A DNA stretch of 55,369 nucleotides, counting the filler, from Sphacelaria rigidula (lineage: Eukaryota), in the NCBI GenBank assembly GCA_964200075.2. It is 5 parts of 5 records of this genome, joined end to end, with 100 filler letters (N's around TTAATTAATTAA, not from the genome) between each part and the next. Parts side by side here need not be neighbours in the genome. Positions count along the whole stretch, not along the records: positions 11,096 to 22,089 come from CAXNAA020005561.1; positions 22,190 to 33,183 come from CAXNAA020005562.1; 3 more parts are not named here. One strand, given 5' to 3'. The translations under genes were made by a program, and so were the position numbers. The notes below the pieces were generated by a model, which was not told the origin of the DNA, searched no databases, and was given only the letters and a program-made list of their open reading frames with translations. Positions 12,406-25,600 of this stretch are shown in pieces. Positions within the stretch are counted from its first letter, which is position 1. Every line of letters starts with the position of its first letter.

Positions 12406-12835
12406 GGGGGGGAGGGGTTCTCATGTGTTGCTTGCCTCAGTCGTTTGACCATTGACCACGCATCCCTTTCGAGACGGAGCACAGGGGAGGAAGAGGGGGG
12501 GGGTCTCTTGGGCCATTTCTTCCACGAAATTCCAATTCAAATCGTCGTTGAAAGCAGCACCGTTTGTTCGAACGATCTTGTTACCGAATAATGATGCTGA
12601 CTCATCCCGGACTGCTTGACACCGTTTTCAACCAAATGCAAGCGCACCGCGAGTGTGGTAGGTCGTCTGACACACCTGTAAGTCCCTTTTTTGGTGGAAC
12701 CAGACACCCTTGTCCCCCTCACGTCTCGAAAGGGATGCGTGGTCAATGGTCAAACGACGAAGGCAAGTAACAAATCCGTACGCCAACCCCCCCCCCCCCC
12801 CCCCCCCCCACCCCCCCCTATCGTAGCATGAGTCA
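12406..12835. mobile_element. Dispersed repeat with inverted ~55-bp arms (TTGCTTGCC...GACCATTGACCACGCATCCCTTTCGAGACGGAGC), G/C homopolymers and a ~170-bp core
   Basis: Arms 12426-12480 / 12722-12772; arm copies at ~11988-12040, 22036-22089, 29605-29662; core copies at ~10820-10930 and ~33408-33600. Confidence 0.7.
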
Positions 12836-13086
12836 GAGATCTTGCACAACGATATATAGTACGCGAACCTCCATACTCGTGAACAATGCCTACATGAGGT
12901 AAGTGATCTAAATACATAATATTTCTTGCAGATAGACTGGTTTTGGAATCACTAGGCTTCGGTGAGGGAGCAGTATCCTAATCAAAGTATATGACTATAT
13001 TGTACGAAGTACGGAAAATGGATTTTGGCAATATCTTACTAAATCGGTCTTCCTCCTGTATGTACCACTCTCGCGAATACATAGGT

Positions 13087-13308
13087 CACATTCGGAAAAT
13101 TCGGGAATATAAGTCACATTTGGATATGCCGTCGTAGGGTGAGTATGCAGTTGCTCTAGAACCGTTGATATGATATAGAATTGAACTTTGGGTGTGGCAC
13201 ATTCGGAAAATTCGGGAATATAAGCCACATTTGGATGTGCCGACGTAGGGTGAGTATGCACTTGCTCTAGAACCATTGACATGATATAGAATTAAACTTT
13301 GAGTGAGG
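13087..13308. repeat. Tandem duplication, 111-bp unit x2
   Basis: cacattcggaaaattcgggaatataag... starts at 13087 and 13198. Confidence 0.9.
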
Positions 13309-13840
13309 GGGGAGGGCGGGGGAGGGGGGGCATGAAAAAATCCCCTGGTTGGGAGGGATGAATTAATAGCATCCCCGGGGTTTCCGTGGGTATGCCTCCC
13401 TAGACATCGTTTTAAACCTTGAGGCGTGTATTTTTACAAGGGTAAGTCTTCTGTCTTTCTGATTATTTCTGATTGCCTTCCCCGCAGCGCCTCTAGGAAC
13501 GGACACGTTCATCAAAAGATGGGAGGATCTCGAACTGGAGGTTGCCCCGCGAGAGGATCTATTGGCCTCCGCTTCGGGTGCTGCTGTGGAGGATGATTTT
13601 ATGCCATTCTGAGGAAACGCAATGGTTATTAACAGTCCCATCAAGAAAACGCCTCAAAAATGATAAATAAATGAAAAAACGTGAAGAAATAAAAAGAAGT
13701 GAAGACTGATTGAGTTTAGAGAGTAGCACAACGTCCAAATGTGGCGAATGTTTTGTCGCCCAGAGTGGTACACACATATATTGACACACTTTCACGCCTT
13801 CCAGGGCACGAAGTTGACCTCGGAGGGGATCACACCTCAA

Positions 13841-13979
13841 ACCCTGGACAGTATATGGTCAATAGTTGCAGTAGACAGAACATATACTGCGTACAGCATA
13901 GGCCTACTTCACCCATTCACTCAGGACAATCTTTCTGTCTGCTGCAGCTCGTGACCATATATTGTCATTATCCAGGGTG
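13841..13979. mobile_element. MITE (CACCCTGGAC..TATATGGTCAATAGTTGCA.TAGAC TIR family)
   Basis: Inverted ends; related copies at 20889-21066 and 23230-23395. Confidence 0.65.
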
Positions 13980-15497
13980 TAGAGGGGATTGCGAATTTCT
14001 CGCGGAATCGTCCATAACGAAAGGTCAAAGTTATAATCTATGCTTCTTCAACGGCTTCTCAGAGAAATTGCCACTCTGGCCAAAACATTTGAACGGCGAC
14101 TACCAGAAAACGCAAAGGCACCCCGGGACCCCCTCCCTCGGGAAAGAAAGGAATTGCGAGGAGTCAAAATCCGTCTGGCAATACCGTTGGGCATGAATCA
14201 ACGCGGAATGCCGAAAAAATACGTGCATTTTCCTGGGGTGATGAGACTCCGTCGCCTAAGGAAAACCAACTTCGATCGGATACGGGAACAAGTTTGCCCG
14301 CAGTACCTAAAGCTGAGCTACGATTTGTGAAGAGATCTTGACCACGTATTTCCGTCGATAAAGCTTACGGCGCTGAACCCCGCAGACGTTGGAGAAAACG
14401 AAGATTTAGGGGGCTTCGTTCCGTCCTGGGGAATTTGCTCATACTCCATTAGCCCTCGGTGCTACAGTAGCAGCTTGCTCATAAGAAGCTGAAAATTAAG
14501 CTCAGCCCAAGTTTTTTTCTGATGCGAAGGGACCTACTGCATTGAACGTACAGTAGTGGGTGGTCTAACTGTTCATTTTGTGACTTTTGGTGATTTTTTC
14601 GTAATTGACGACTTTCTTGGGCTCTTTCCGTTTGTCACCGCTTATCACATTAGGGACCTCAAGATATTTGTATCAGCTCCACATTCCGAGAAAAAAAACA
14701 ATCGCCACTCAACATTGAGTAACTTATGGCCTGACCGGTTATCGGGGATCCTGCCACGTTTCAGCCCAGATTCTTACTCTTCGGTATTTTCGGTCGATCG
14801 AGCTTGTCCTGATCATATTTGTGAAGAAATGTACAGTTTTATTATTTTGAATTCTACCTATTCATTGCACTAGAGCCGAAAAACTCTGTTTCACGGTCAA
14901 CAACACCCTCCCGATCAACGGGGTATTTACTCGTATCGCCCGATAACACCAATGAACACTGACTTGAGCACTGTTTCTAGAGAACGATCTCTTCATTGAA
15001 CCAAAATCTACCGACGCTAACAATTTCGAGTTCTATCAAAAAGTAGTACGCGAGGAAAACCCCAAAACACCCCTCAATACTTGGACCGCACACTACTGTT
15101 GCGTAGCGGTCGTTGATGAGACGGGACACTTTCTGCCGGTCATCACGAACGGTGCGCGAATCTTGTGACATATATTACCAAAAAAGATTTTCTGTATTTT
15201 GATGGTTGTTGCCCGGTGATTTGCTCCTGCTGATCCCGTTGGTCAGCAGGTGGCGGGGGACACTACTCGTGTCATCTTCGAAGACCCCGAATGGGTTGGT
15301 ATTCCGGAGAACTCCAGGAATTCCATAATATGTCACAAGGCGCTTCGGCATACAGCGGCATCGGCGAAGGCAATCAGCACGTGCAATTCTGACGTTGCTG
15401 ACAAAAAAAAAAAAAACGTTTCTAAAGGGAGGACAGGAGACCTGGCAGCGAGGAGCCGGCGGCTGCGGTGGTACTGTACCAGTGAAATACAACGAGG

Positions 15498-15818
15498 TGT
15501 GCTCACCACTTGGTCGATGAAGAAATTTCTCGGAAACATATATTTTTAAATAACGTTAACCTTAACCCCAACCCGAACCCCAACCCAAGGCATACCGAGA
15601 ACCCTTGGGCGAGGGGGGTGTGAAGCGTTCCCTAGACGAAGTGTGGCGTTGGCAGATCTCAAAACGGCGCCCCAGGCGCCGATTTCGACGAAAACGCGTT
15701 CTGCGCACGCGAGGTGCAGTTGGGGCTGTCAGTCCCGCTAAAGATCCGAACATCGGTGTTTACACTCAAATCAAGTAATAACATACCGGGAAGGTTTTAA
15801 TCGACCAAGTGGTGAACA
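15498..15818. mobile_element. MITE-like element with internal TAACCC-like repeats
   Basis: gtgctcaccacttggtcgat ... atcgaccaagtggtgaacac inverted ends. Confidence 0.55.
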
Positions 15819-17334
15819 CTACCGAATACAATGAACAATGTTATGCCTGTCTCGGGTGCTGCAGACGTGGCTGATGGAAGGGAAAGACGAGCCGTATCTC
15901 TTGTCAAATTGAGACAAGACTTTGTGGGGAACGACCATATCCCGAGAGACGTCAAGAACATCGTTGCGCAGAAACAGACCGTGCTGGACTTTGAGTTGCG
16001 TCTTGTGCACAGCAGCCTCACTGAGTCAGCTGCCCATATGAACGTGACTACGCCGAAGGGTACATGATGAATGATCGGATGCCAGGGCGGTCGACTACGT
16101 TCGAGTGGGTAATTTAGTTCCCGCGGAGGGAAGGACAGTGCCGGGTACAAGAGACAGGCCGAAATTCGTGTCGGGTTTCTCGACACTTTCATCGTTCAGT
16201 CCGTAGGCGCAGTACAGTAGAACGTAAGCGGACGGACCGGGGCTGGGACCAACCATCCAGGAGGCGGCTAAAGTAGTCCCGGTGATTCAACGACAAATTT
16301 CCAGCCAAGCCCCGTTTTGTAGGTTGTGCGCAGCAGTCTATTGTACACCCCCCTTTGCACTTGATACATCTCGTTCTTCTCAACGGGACTACAGACACCC
16401 CGGAAAAGATATTTGGCCATAATCACGCTAAGTATACGCAGGGTTTTAATCTACCGTCAGGGTCTGGAACATACGAATGGCGGTCGCCAGAACACGCGGT
16501 AGTTATCGTTCGGAACGTATTGACCTTACCCTACTGCTTTACGAACGACCCTTGTCCCTCCTCCCCGGGGATGAAACCAAGGCATCCCCTCCCGGAAAAT
16601 TCTCAGCAGGAAAAGGTGTTATCTAACGTATGAGCCATTTGCGGCCGGAACACAATAAATCTAAACACGTGACCGGTGCCAACAAAAAGCCCACAACCTA
16701 CTGTAAGTCGTGACACCTCGTGGTGTTCTCATGGGTCTGCAGACACGCCGGGGAAGACATTGTTCCATCCCCTCCTTAACGCGCCGGGATCATAATCTAC
16801 CGACAGGGTTTATCAAGTACAATAGCGACGCCCCTGAACACGCGAGGGGTCACTAGAATCTGTATATCCTACATGCTGATCTGGGACCCCCCTTCCCCCC
16901 CATCCTGATCACGAGATAAGCACATCTCCTCCACGAACAACCTCGACAGGGGGAGGGTAGGCGTGCACTCACGATCTTGCATGCCGCAGTCATTGGAACA
17001 TCGACCTCATATCCCTGCAAAGTCGGGACGGAGCACAGCGGGTGTCCACTGGACCAGACCGTTTGTGGGCGGATTATATTGCTACTTGTGGGCGCATGAG
17101 AGGTATCTTCGGAACAACGTCACCCCCTACTGCATGTGCCCCTAGAATAGTCGGGAGCACTACCGTTCGCATGCGACAGAGCAACGCGGTGAATAGCACC
17201 CTCGAGGGTGGCTACTTTCATATCGCTGGAAATCCATGGGCTCAACCTTCACACAAGACATCAACGGTTTGATGGTGTTTCTATCTTGTCGTGTGTGCCA
17301 TGTACTAAATAATAATCGATTCCTGATGACGTCT

Positions 17335-17505
17335 TGAATTTAGTGGAACGGCCGAAACAAGAGAGGCCCAACATTAACCCACGAGTTGGTCTACGTCAAA
17401 AACACATTGGGCCGACGGGGCCGTGGGTCCACTTTTTTCAATTTAGACCCACTTGTGGGCTAATGTTGCTCCTCCTTTGTTTTGCCTGTTTCGGTATATT
17501 CACAA
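17335..17505. repeat. Short imperfect hairpin
   Basis: caacattaacccacgagttggtcta pairs with tagacccacttgtgggctaatgttg. Confidence 0.5.
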
Positions 17506-20203
17506 CCTCCTCAAGAGTGCGGAAACTTCACTCGGTGTTTGCGAAGCCGAATTTACGTGACTCGGCCGCGAGGTGTTCATAACTTCGCTAACTCGACTGC
17601 ATAGATATCATTTCCACGTAACTTCAATGATACCCCCATTTCCAACCCCGAAAGAGTAATCTCGATTCTACATGGTCATTTTCCAGTGAATGGAGGACTG
17701 CTATCGCAAAAGGAACTTCGGATTCGGCATCGCAACCAAATGATGTTTGGTTATGTCTGCTTTTCTCCATTTCAGTAAGAATTGGGCCCATGAGGCGTGG
17801 TTCTGGAATACGGCGAAAGTATTCCTGGGTTTAACGCTTATTTCCAATTCCTTTGGTGCGTCAAACGTTTTACCCGCATTGTGGTGGTCTCCTGACGTAT
17901 GTAGCGCCGGGTGCACTGATGAACGCGTTCTCCAGTGCATCGTTTCAGCCCCTATCCCCTCAGTCACGGTGTCCCCTGTGCACTCAATGGTTGACTTTTG
18001 GTGTTCCACAGGATCAGTACAGGATCAATGTCTTTCGTGGGGTCTTCGCATTGACGAGTTTTGATAGACAATCATTAGTTTTGTGTAGTTGGGTTCTCTT
18101 CAGCTTCTGTGCGCTCTCCTCGTTGACAGTGTTTGAGGGATATTGATGAGAGCTTTCTTTTGTGCAGTTTCATCATAACTTCTGAACAACTGGAACGGCA
18201 GAGTCGCGCATGCGATTACCAGCCCGCACACAAGAGCTTACACTCTTTCAAGGGTTCCGTTATTCCTTTGGAACAATGACTACATGATCCTGTAATTCAT
18301 GTCTTCAAGCTTCGAACACTCCACAGCATCCCTTGCCTTGGAATCGCTCAAGTTATGGGGTGGCACGAAGCGCCAAAACACTTGCATTCTTGCTACGAAT
18401 TTACATTTTACACAAGTCCTTCAGCGTAACGCATGACAGCGCAGAATCTCGCTGAGGTGTGACCCACCAGAATGCAGCCTTTTCTCCCGCAAACATTCCG
18501 TGTGATCAAACAGAGCCCACTATTGCTCTAGTTTTCATTTTCGGGACTTGCCGTTAAGTTGTTTGTTCTCTCATCAGTCCCTCTCTAGTCTCCCTTGTGG
18601 CTGGCAGACCTCTCTCTCCGTTGGCCACAACTACCTCTCCATATTACTCTTTCTCGCTTCTCCTTAGTGGTTACCTCTCTATCACTACGCCACAACCCGG
18701 CTCGCTCCCTCTCTGCAGCACATGATTTTTCGGAGTTCACAACGTGCCGCACCGTGCCACAAACTTGCCCCGTGCATCCAAGGGGAGCATACTGTATTTA
18801 CTTTTTCTTGACGCAGTTTGAACCCCTCCCCTTCCTCGAGACGAGTCCGTGGTCTCGAGGGATTCGCCCCTCTCTCCCCGGCACACGCCCTGCATTTTGG
18901 TCTTGCGGGTTGGGTCAGCACTACCACACCACGTCAACTCATATCAAACAAACTCAGTCGACTACTTTGTTTACTCTCGTCCTCATGCTTTCCAAGGTGG
19001 AAACCAGATACTACAAAGAAAAATTCCAACACATCAGTAAGCGAATCCTCGTTCTCTCTACCCCAATGGCTACAGTCGGTCCATTTCACCACCGGGGCGC
19101 GGCGTAAACCCCGGGTGAAAAACTTCATGGAGATTCGTATTTGACCTGTTGCTAGTATATTTTAACTGTGCACTCAATATTATTAGGTTCTCTCTATGTC
19201 ACCCTCTGGCCGTCAGCCCCTCTTCCTCTGTTGGCCACAACTACCTCTCCACATTACTCTCTCCCACGCGCCTTTTTCGCCAGCTACCTCTGCAACGTCT
19301 TTGTGCTATGAAAACCAAGTAAAAGCCTGTATCAAGATTTGCATTTGGACTGCTGCTGGCAATCACCCACTATTCACTCCATGTCTATGGGTCCTGAAAC
19401 ACGGCTGCGCCAATAACAAAATACAGCCGTGGTCGAGACCACTCACGGTGAGCGCTGCAGCGTCAGCCGCGTTGTCATCACGTCCTCAAACACAACGGCT
19501 GATAAAGAATGCACTGCCTTGATCGAGATGGATCTTACTGAGCGTTCTTCAGCGGCATGCCTCGACATCTTCGGGCGTCTGTCTGTGCTGCACATTTGCT
19601 CTTATTTCACGTTTAGAAACGTTTCCGTTTCAAGTCGTACGGTTCGACTTGTACCCGAAATATATGTCACTGCGGATATTTCCCGGCTATTTTTGTCGGT
19701 TGAAACAGTACACGAAGGAGACGCAACACTTGCACACATTCCGTGGCTGGCCGTCTCTTATCATGACCAATGGAAATCATTCGGCCCCCGCTGTCTCGAG
19801 TGACGCCGTCGACACCCCTGGAACCCTGCACACCGCAAGCATCCTGGAGAATGTCCGTAGTCAACCAAGGGACATACTTGTATCACCCAAGGTGACAAAA
19901 AACGCAACTTCGACTCTCTACAACACATGAAGGCCGCGCACTCCCCCGTAAGGTCGACCTCGTTTATCGAAATACCTCGACAAGATACGAAGATTTATCC
20001 AGCGGCACAGCTTCTTCCCGTGGTGTCCTCCCCGTGGTAAATAAGAAAATATATATATATATATATATAATTCGAGCTTATCGTATCACCCCGCATATTG
20101 ATATTCCAACCCGACGCCATCCCGATGTCATCCCGAGCCCTCCAATCTCCTTCGTGTTAAGCATGGTCGTTGATATTTATGCCAAGGGTGTGCTAACAAC
20201 TAT

Positions 20204-20471
20204 ACACACGTCGGACAGCTCATGAGCTACCTCAATATTACTCTTTATTGCTATAGTGTACTGATCCGGATCATGACCTAGCTCATTTGGCCCCTCTTTT
20301 TTCATGTTTTCTCCCTTTAGCGCTGGCCGCCGAGCACGCAGAACAGCGCAACGGCAGCGTTTCGGCTATTTCTCAGACCCCACTGTCGCCTATTTTGTGT
20401 TCTTGGACGAGGCATCTGGGAGTTCTCTTCGATGAGCTATTCTTGATAGCTCGTGAGCTGTCCGACGTGTG
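20204..20471. mobile_element. MITE-like element with 25-bp TIRs
   Basis: cacacgtcggacagctcatgagcta / tagctcgtgagctgtccgacgtgtg. Confidence 0.55.
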
Positions 20472-20888
20472 CAACATCAGACACTTTTATTACTGCGAGG
20501 TGTGGATTCGCTAGACACGAAAAAGAACTGACCCCCTCACTTCCCATACTACCTGGTAGTAAGTCGAAAAAAACACGGGATTTGTTTACGGGTCAGATCG
20601 CCAAGATACTACCCCTTCGAATATTCCGAGCCCCGTTGACATATACATATGAGGAGGAAACTCTAAGGCAATTCCTTCAACTCGAGAAGCCTCACATGAA
20701 ACTTGGTTTCTCTTGCCTGGAGTGAGAATTTTCACGGAGTGTGTTTGTTGTGCGGTAAAGAGGCAATTCCTCCTCCCGTTCACAATCGGGGCGGCAGCCT
20801 TCCATCATGTGGAACTCTCCTTGTAAGATACACAAAGAAAAGAACCTGGAGACTTTTCCTTGCCTCTCTAACCCTGACGAGGATTGTA

Positions 20889-21066
20889 CACCCAGGACAA
20901 TACATGGTCAATAATTGCAATAGATCTGTACTTTACGCAGAACATTTTTTGTCTACTGCAACTTCTGACTATATATGCCGAAAAACGTTGCAATAGACCT
21001 ATGCTTTACGCTGTACATTTTTTGTCTATTCCAACTCTTGACCATATGAATTTAGTGTTCAGGTTG
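20889..21066. mobile_element. MITE, same family as 13841-13979
   Basis: cacccaggacaatacatggtcaataattgcaatagat... with internal inverted copies. Confidence 0.55.
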
Positions 21067-21719
21067 CTGTGGAGGATTGCAAGGCACCCGCCAGACGAGT
21101 CGTTAGTCGTGCGTACCTACTCGAGTCAAATCATACATTGGAAAAATGGTTCAGCCAGCCTCGGGTCAAACGAAATTTGCCGGGAAAAAATGAAGACAAG
21201 TCATGCTCGAGTGAGACTCGAGTCATCCGGGTCATATGGCGAAAAATGATGATGAGTCAGACTCGAGCAATACGAGTACTATGGGAAGGGTCCCCACGAC
21301 CAACTAACTACTGAGGCCAGCTTCGAGGATCAAACAAGTACTTGTGGGACGTATAGAATAGGCGTGACATAAGGGGAATATAGTATGAAAATATGCGTCA
21401 TTCCCAATTCCACGATTCCCGAGTACTACCGTACTCTAATGGTGGCTAATTCGGCAGTACACGATTACCGATTACTTTTCCATTCGGTTGTCGCACATGA
21501 ACTGGTTCGGTTTGAATGCCAGGGATAGTCAGCAGTCATCTTGACACCATAGAAACCAACGCGGCGCGAGTTCGTAGAATAGAACAACACCCGCACAGGA
21601 TTCTGAACCACAAACACTTGGAACATGTGTGCATACGCTTGCCGCACTGTTATTCTGTGCGCGAATCGGATCGGCCCCGATCAACAGCAACGACGACGAG
21701 AGACGAAAGTGTCACACAC

Positions 21720-21899
21720 CTCGTGGCTGGGCCAGTTGTAGGCGATGGAGACCATGTGGCCGCGGTCTCGAGAGGAGAAGTACATGCCCCTGGCGACGCG
21801 GAACATCCTGGAGAAGTTGAGGCACGCCCACCCTACGGTGGGCGTGTACACGACAGACGCCATCTCCGCAAAGTTGTCCATCAAAACACGGTAAAACAG
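21720..21899 (-). CDS. ME: Malic enzyme internal exon (NAD-dependent, plant-mitochondrial-like): LFYRVLMDNFAEMASVVYTPTVGWACLNFSRMFRVARGMYFSSRDRGHMVSIAYNWPSHE
   Basis: cag|CTG ... GAG|gtgtgt, 180 bp, phase 0-0; contains the malic enzyme YTPTVG motif (catalytic Tyr) and RGMYFS..DRG.M....NWP. Confidence 0.92.
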
Positions 21900-22089
21900 C
21901 TGGAATATGGAGGACCGAGAGGGATGGATAAATGGGGGGTGGGGCGGTGGGGAGGGGGGGCGGTCAACTCATGATCTTGCATGCCATAGTCATGTGACCA
22001 TTGAACGCGCGCGGGGGAGGGGGGCGTACTCATTCGTTGCTTGCCTTAGTCGTTTGACCATTGACCACGCATCCCTTTCGAGACGGAGC

Positions 22090-22189
22090 NNNNNNNNNNN
22101 NNNNNNNNNNNNNNNNNNNNNNNNNNNNNNNNNTTAATTAATTAANNNNNNNNNNNNNNNNNNNNNNNNNNNNNNNNNNNNNNNNNNNN
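22090..22189. other. Artificial contig linker
   Basis: Same N44-TTAATTAATTAA-N44 structure. Confidence 0.97.
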
Positions 22190-22589
22190 GCTCAACTCGT
22201 CTGTGTCGATGAGATACTGCTTTTAGAGCCTAAATCCGTTTTTAGGCTGGCCCAGCTCGTACGGCTTCTTCGACACTTCATGACACGAGAAGCTTGAACG
22301 ATACGAAATTGTCGTGTACTGCCTGCGAGTGCAGAAGCGCATGTGTTGCTACTACAGGCTGCACGTGAAGTTCTTGCGATGCGCATGCGAGTCACAGCAG
22401 ATATCTTCAAGGCCTCTTTCAACAAGCGTCAACAAATGGGCTAGGCGCTTTTGCGGGGGCGCACTAGGAGGACGCAGACAGTGCAACCCGCTTCGCGCAA
22501 AGCTGCTGCACATTCGAGCGCACGTATTCAAGAAGGAAAGAAAAAAAATGATGAAAAGATCGGGCAGACAGCCTACAACACCTGCGCAC

Positions 22590-22661
22590 CTGCCAACTTA
22601 TTGTTCGACAGGTCCAGACGCTCCAGGAAGCACAACTTCCCGATGCAGGGCGGGATAGGTC
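22590..22661 (-). CDS. LRR exon, 72 bp: GPIPPCIGKLCFLERLDLSNNKLA(G)
   Basis: cag|GA CCT ATC CCG ... TTG GCA G|gtgcgc. Confidence 0.9.
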
Positions 22662-25600
22662 CTGTCAACGGAAGATCGAAGATATGAAGCACACACAGAT
22701 GCCACCGTGGTACAGGGGGCACAGATTAGTTCCAAGAAGCTTTTGCGACATATCTACCGAACCTCATCGCGCGCAATACTCACCAGATATCAACATCTGA
22801 CCTGTTTTCTTGCACACGGGCGCTTGGAAACCCTTGACCAGAAGAAGCACATACAAGTGCATCTCTGAATAACGAAGGTTTGCTTGCGCGGGGTATTTAG
22901 GAGCGCTGCTTTTGCACGCCTCCAAAACTATAGTTCCCTACTCTACTCTACAGTCGATCCAACGTACCCGACGCCCAGCTACCTCTGACAATCCGACTGC
23001 TTCACGCGGAGGCGGCGGAAGCGATGCTGCACGGATATGCTACATGGACGCTGCGTCCCGAGGAAATACGGGAGGGGTTGAACTCCGCAGGAAAGAGCAA
23101 GCCGGCTACAACACTGTTGCACACAGAAATGTGCTCAAAATGACCAACTACGAACGTACCGAGACAGCCATCCGCAGGAGTCAACTCTGGTTCGAGGGGG
23201 GTCTTGTCCGACAGGACGAAACAAGTCCACACCCCAGACAATATATGGTCAAAAGATGCAATAGACGAGAAGAGTACTGCATAAAGCATGGGACTATTGT
23301 AACTATCGCTGGCCGACAATAGTCGAAATAGGCCCATACTTTATGCAGTATTTTTTTTGTCTATTGCAACTATTGACGATATATTGTTCAAGGTGTGAAC
23401 AAGTATCACAAACAAATCATGTTCGGACGGCTTTAATACAGTCGTACAAGAGCACCTGGAGGCTGGCCGATCCCCAAACACTGTGTACGACAAAACCCAT
23501 GCCCTCACCTGTGAGGCTGTTGTTGTTGAGGTAGAGCACCTTGAGGTTGACGAGCAAAGCCAAGGAAGAAGGGATGTCTCCTGCGACACCAGGGCACACG
23601 AAGCAGACCGCGAATCAAGAGGTGCACCCATACAAGCTATGAAGCAGAAAACAAGAGGGCGATGGAGAAACAGACAAACCTTTAACAACAACCACCGCGC
23701 CGCAGCTGGCACATGACCGACTAGTTTATGCGGAGCAGTGGGTTTAGGTTCGAATTTCGGCGGTGATGCCTCATTTCAGTAGTTCTGGTAGTGCTGGTAA
23801 AAAGCGTGAAAACATAATTTTCCCATGAAAGAATCGAAAAAAGTCGACGGGCTGCAGGAGTGCCGACGCAATGCTCCACGATAGCTTGCAAGGCAGGTGC
23901 ACACCTAGGGAACATCCATGTTTTTAATCCCGTGAGACTTGAGATTTGTCTCGAAAGAGTGATGGGGGACACGGATAGAGTATGGCGAAAAAAAAAAACT
24001 ACAGCTGGGTGTGGTTGCGATTCACCCGGCGCAGAATGCATCTCGTATCACGGCAGAAGGTAACATCGGCAGAACAAACGCTCCGTCGCGCCACTCGAGA
24101 TTTTTCTCGTGTGTAAGAATGCCGTCCAGTCTTGTCCGCAGTCTGGCCAAATTGACGTGGAAGGCCCGCGATTGAACGTCGCGAGAGTCACAGAGCTCTT
24201 ATAGTCTGAAATTACATTACGGATCGGCCCTTGTGTAGGTGGTTCACCCCAGAGGTGTCTAGTCTCAAGAAACCACAGAAATAATCAGCGACAAGCAGGC
24301 CTCTCTGACAATAAATGAGGAAGGACACATTGTTCTGTTATGTACACCTCGAATCACAAAATGATGCTCAAACTCGACCACCAACGTGCTCAATGCACGT
24401 GAACGGCAGAACCCAACTTTCCAACTCCTGCAGGTCCAACGGCACCACGCAGCCAGATTACTCGAGGGAGTGATCTCGCGATAACCCCTGTTGTTTGTCT
24501 TTGTTTATTTGTTATCACTGCTTCCTTTTCTTCTTTGCTTTCTGTGCTGTTGCTTCTTTCTTTTTCTGCTTCCTTCCTTCCTTCCTTCTTTTTCTGTTCG
24601 TTTTTTTTGCTGCTCCTGACGGCGGGCTGGATTGTTGCAATCAGCTAATGTGAGATGATCAATCAATCTATGAATCAATCTTCCCCCCTCGCCCCCCCCA
24701 CCCCGAGCCAACCCCAAAACTGCCACGAAGAAAAGATCATGGGTGTACACGTTACACGTGACGCTTTTACGTGACACATTCGAAGAAACGTAGCTTTGGG
24801 TCATTCAACGCTACGTAAGGTTTGTTTTTTTTGGATGGGACAAATGTAACTCAACGTGATCCTTCGCATGGGCCCTAACATGGCGTTTTCCTTTCCAAAT
24901 GTGACGAAAACTCTACGTTTTTTCGTGAATTTGTAACGTGTCACGTTAACAATTCACAAAAACAGCCTTTTTTTACACCTGAAAAATCCCAATAGTCACT
25001 GCTTGAAGGTCTACACGTTACATCACGTTACGCTACATGTGTCCCGTCTAAAAACTGGAAACCTTACGTAGCGTTAATTGGCCCAAGGTTACGTTTTTCG
25101 CGTTTTTTTTTCAAATGTGTCACGTGTGTAACGTGTATATCCCTGGAAAATGGCCATACAGCGCATGATAGCTGGTTTCAGACTGGATGAAGCGACTCGT
25201 ATGGGCGACATTGACGAAAACGATCCCAAGTATGGGAGGTCCCAGCTGCTCGGTGTGCTTGGCTCTCATCATTTTTATCCATATGTAGATTTTACTTCCT
25301 CAAACCAGCCACTTTTATGGGACGGGGGCTATCGCGGCATCACCCCAGAGAAAGCTGCACGTGTCCGGATTTTGAACCCCTAATCTTGTGCCCTGGCCGG
25401 ATATAATTGCATTGCACTCGTACAAATCGACTTAATGGTCGACGAGGGAAAGGGACTGCTGAACCCCTCTTACGGTAAAATAATAAGGGCGAGCACCGCA
25501 GAAGGATGTTGGAGAATTAAAAACAAACAAGGAAAAACTCTTGTAATGGCCTTTCTCCTGTGTGACCCCGGCTGATGTGCCCGCATATACCGAAGGTTGT

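Noticed and set aside
14000-16700. Gypsy retrotransposon pol relic
   Set aside because: Only vague fragments (e.g. GTYEW); no YxDD, RNase H or integrase motifs that I could support.
20255-20290. Copia gag-like GHDPDQY peptide on the minus strand
   Set aside because: Lies inside a small TIR element with no extended similarity.
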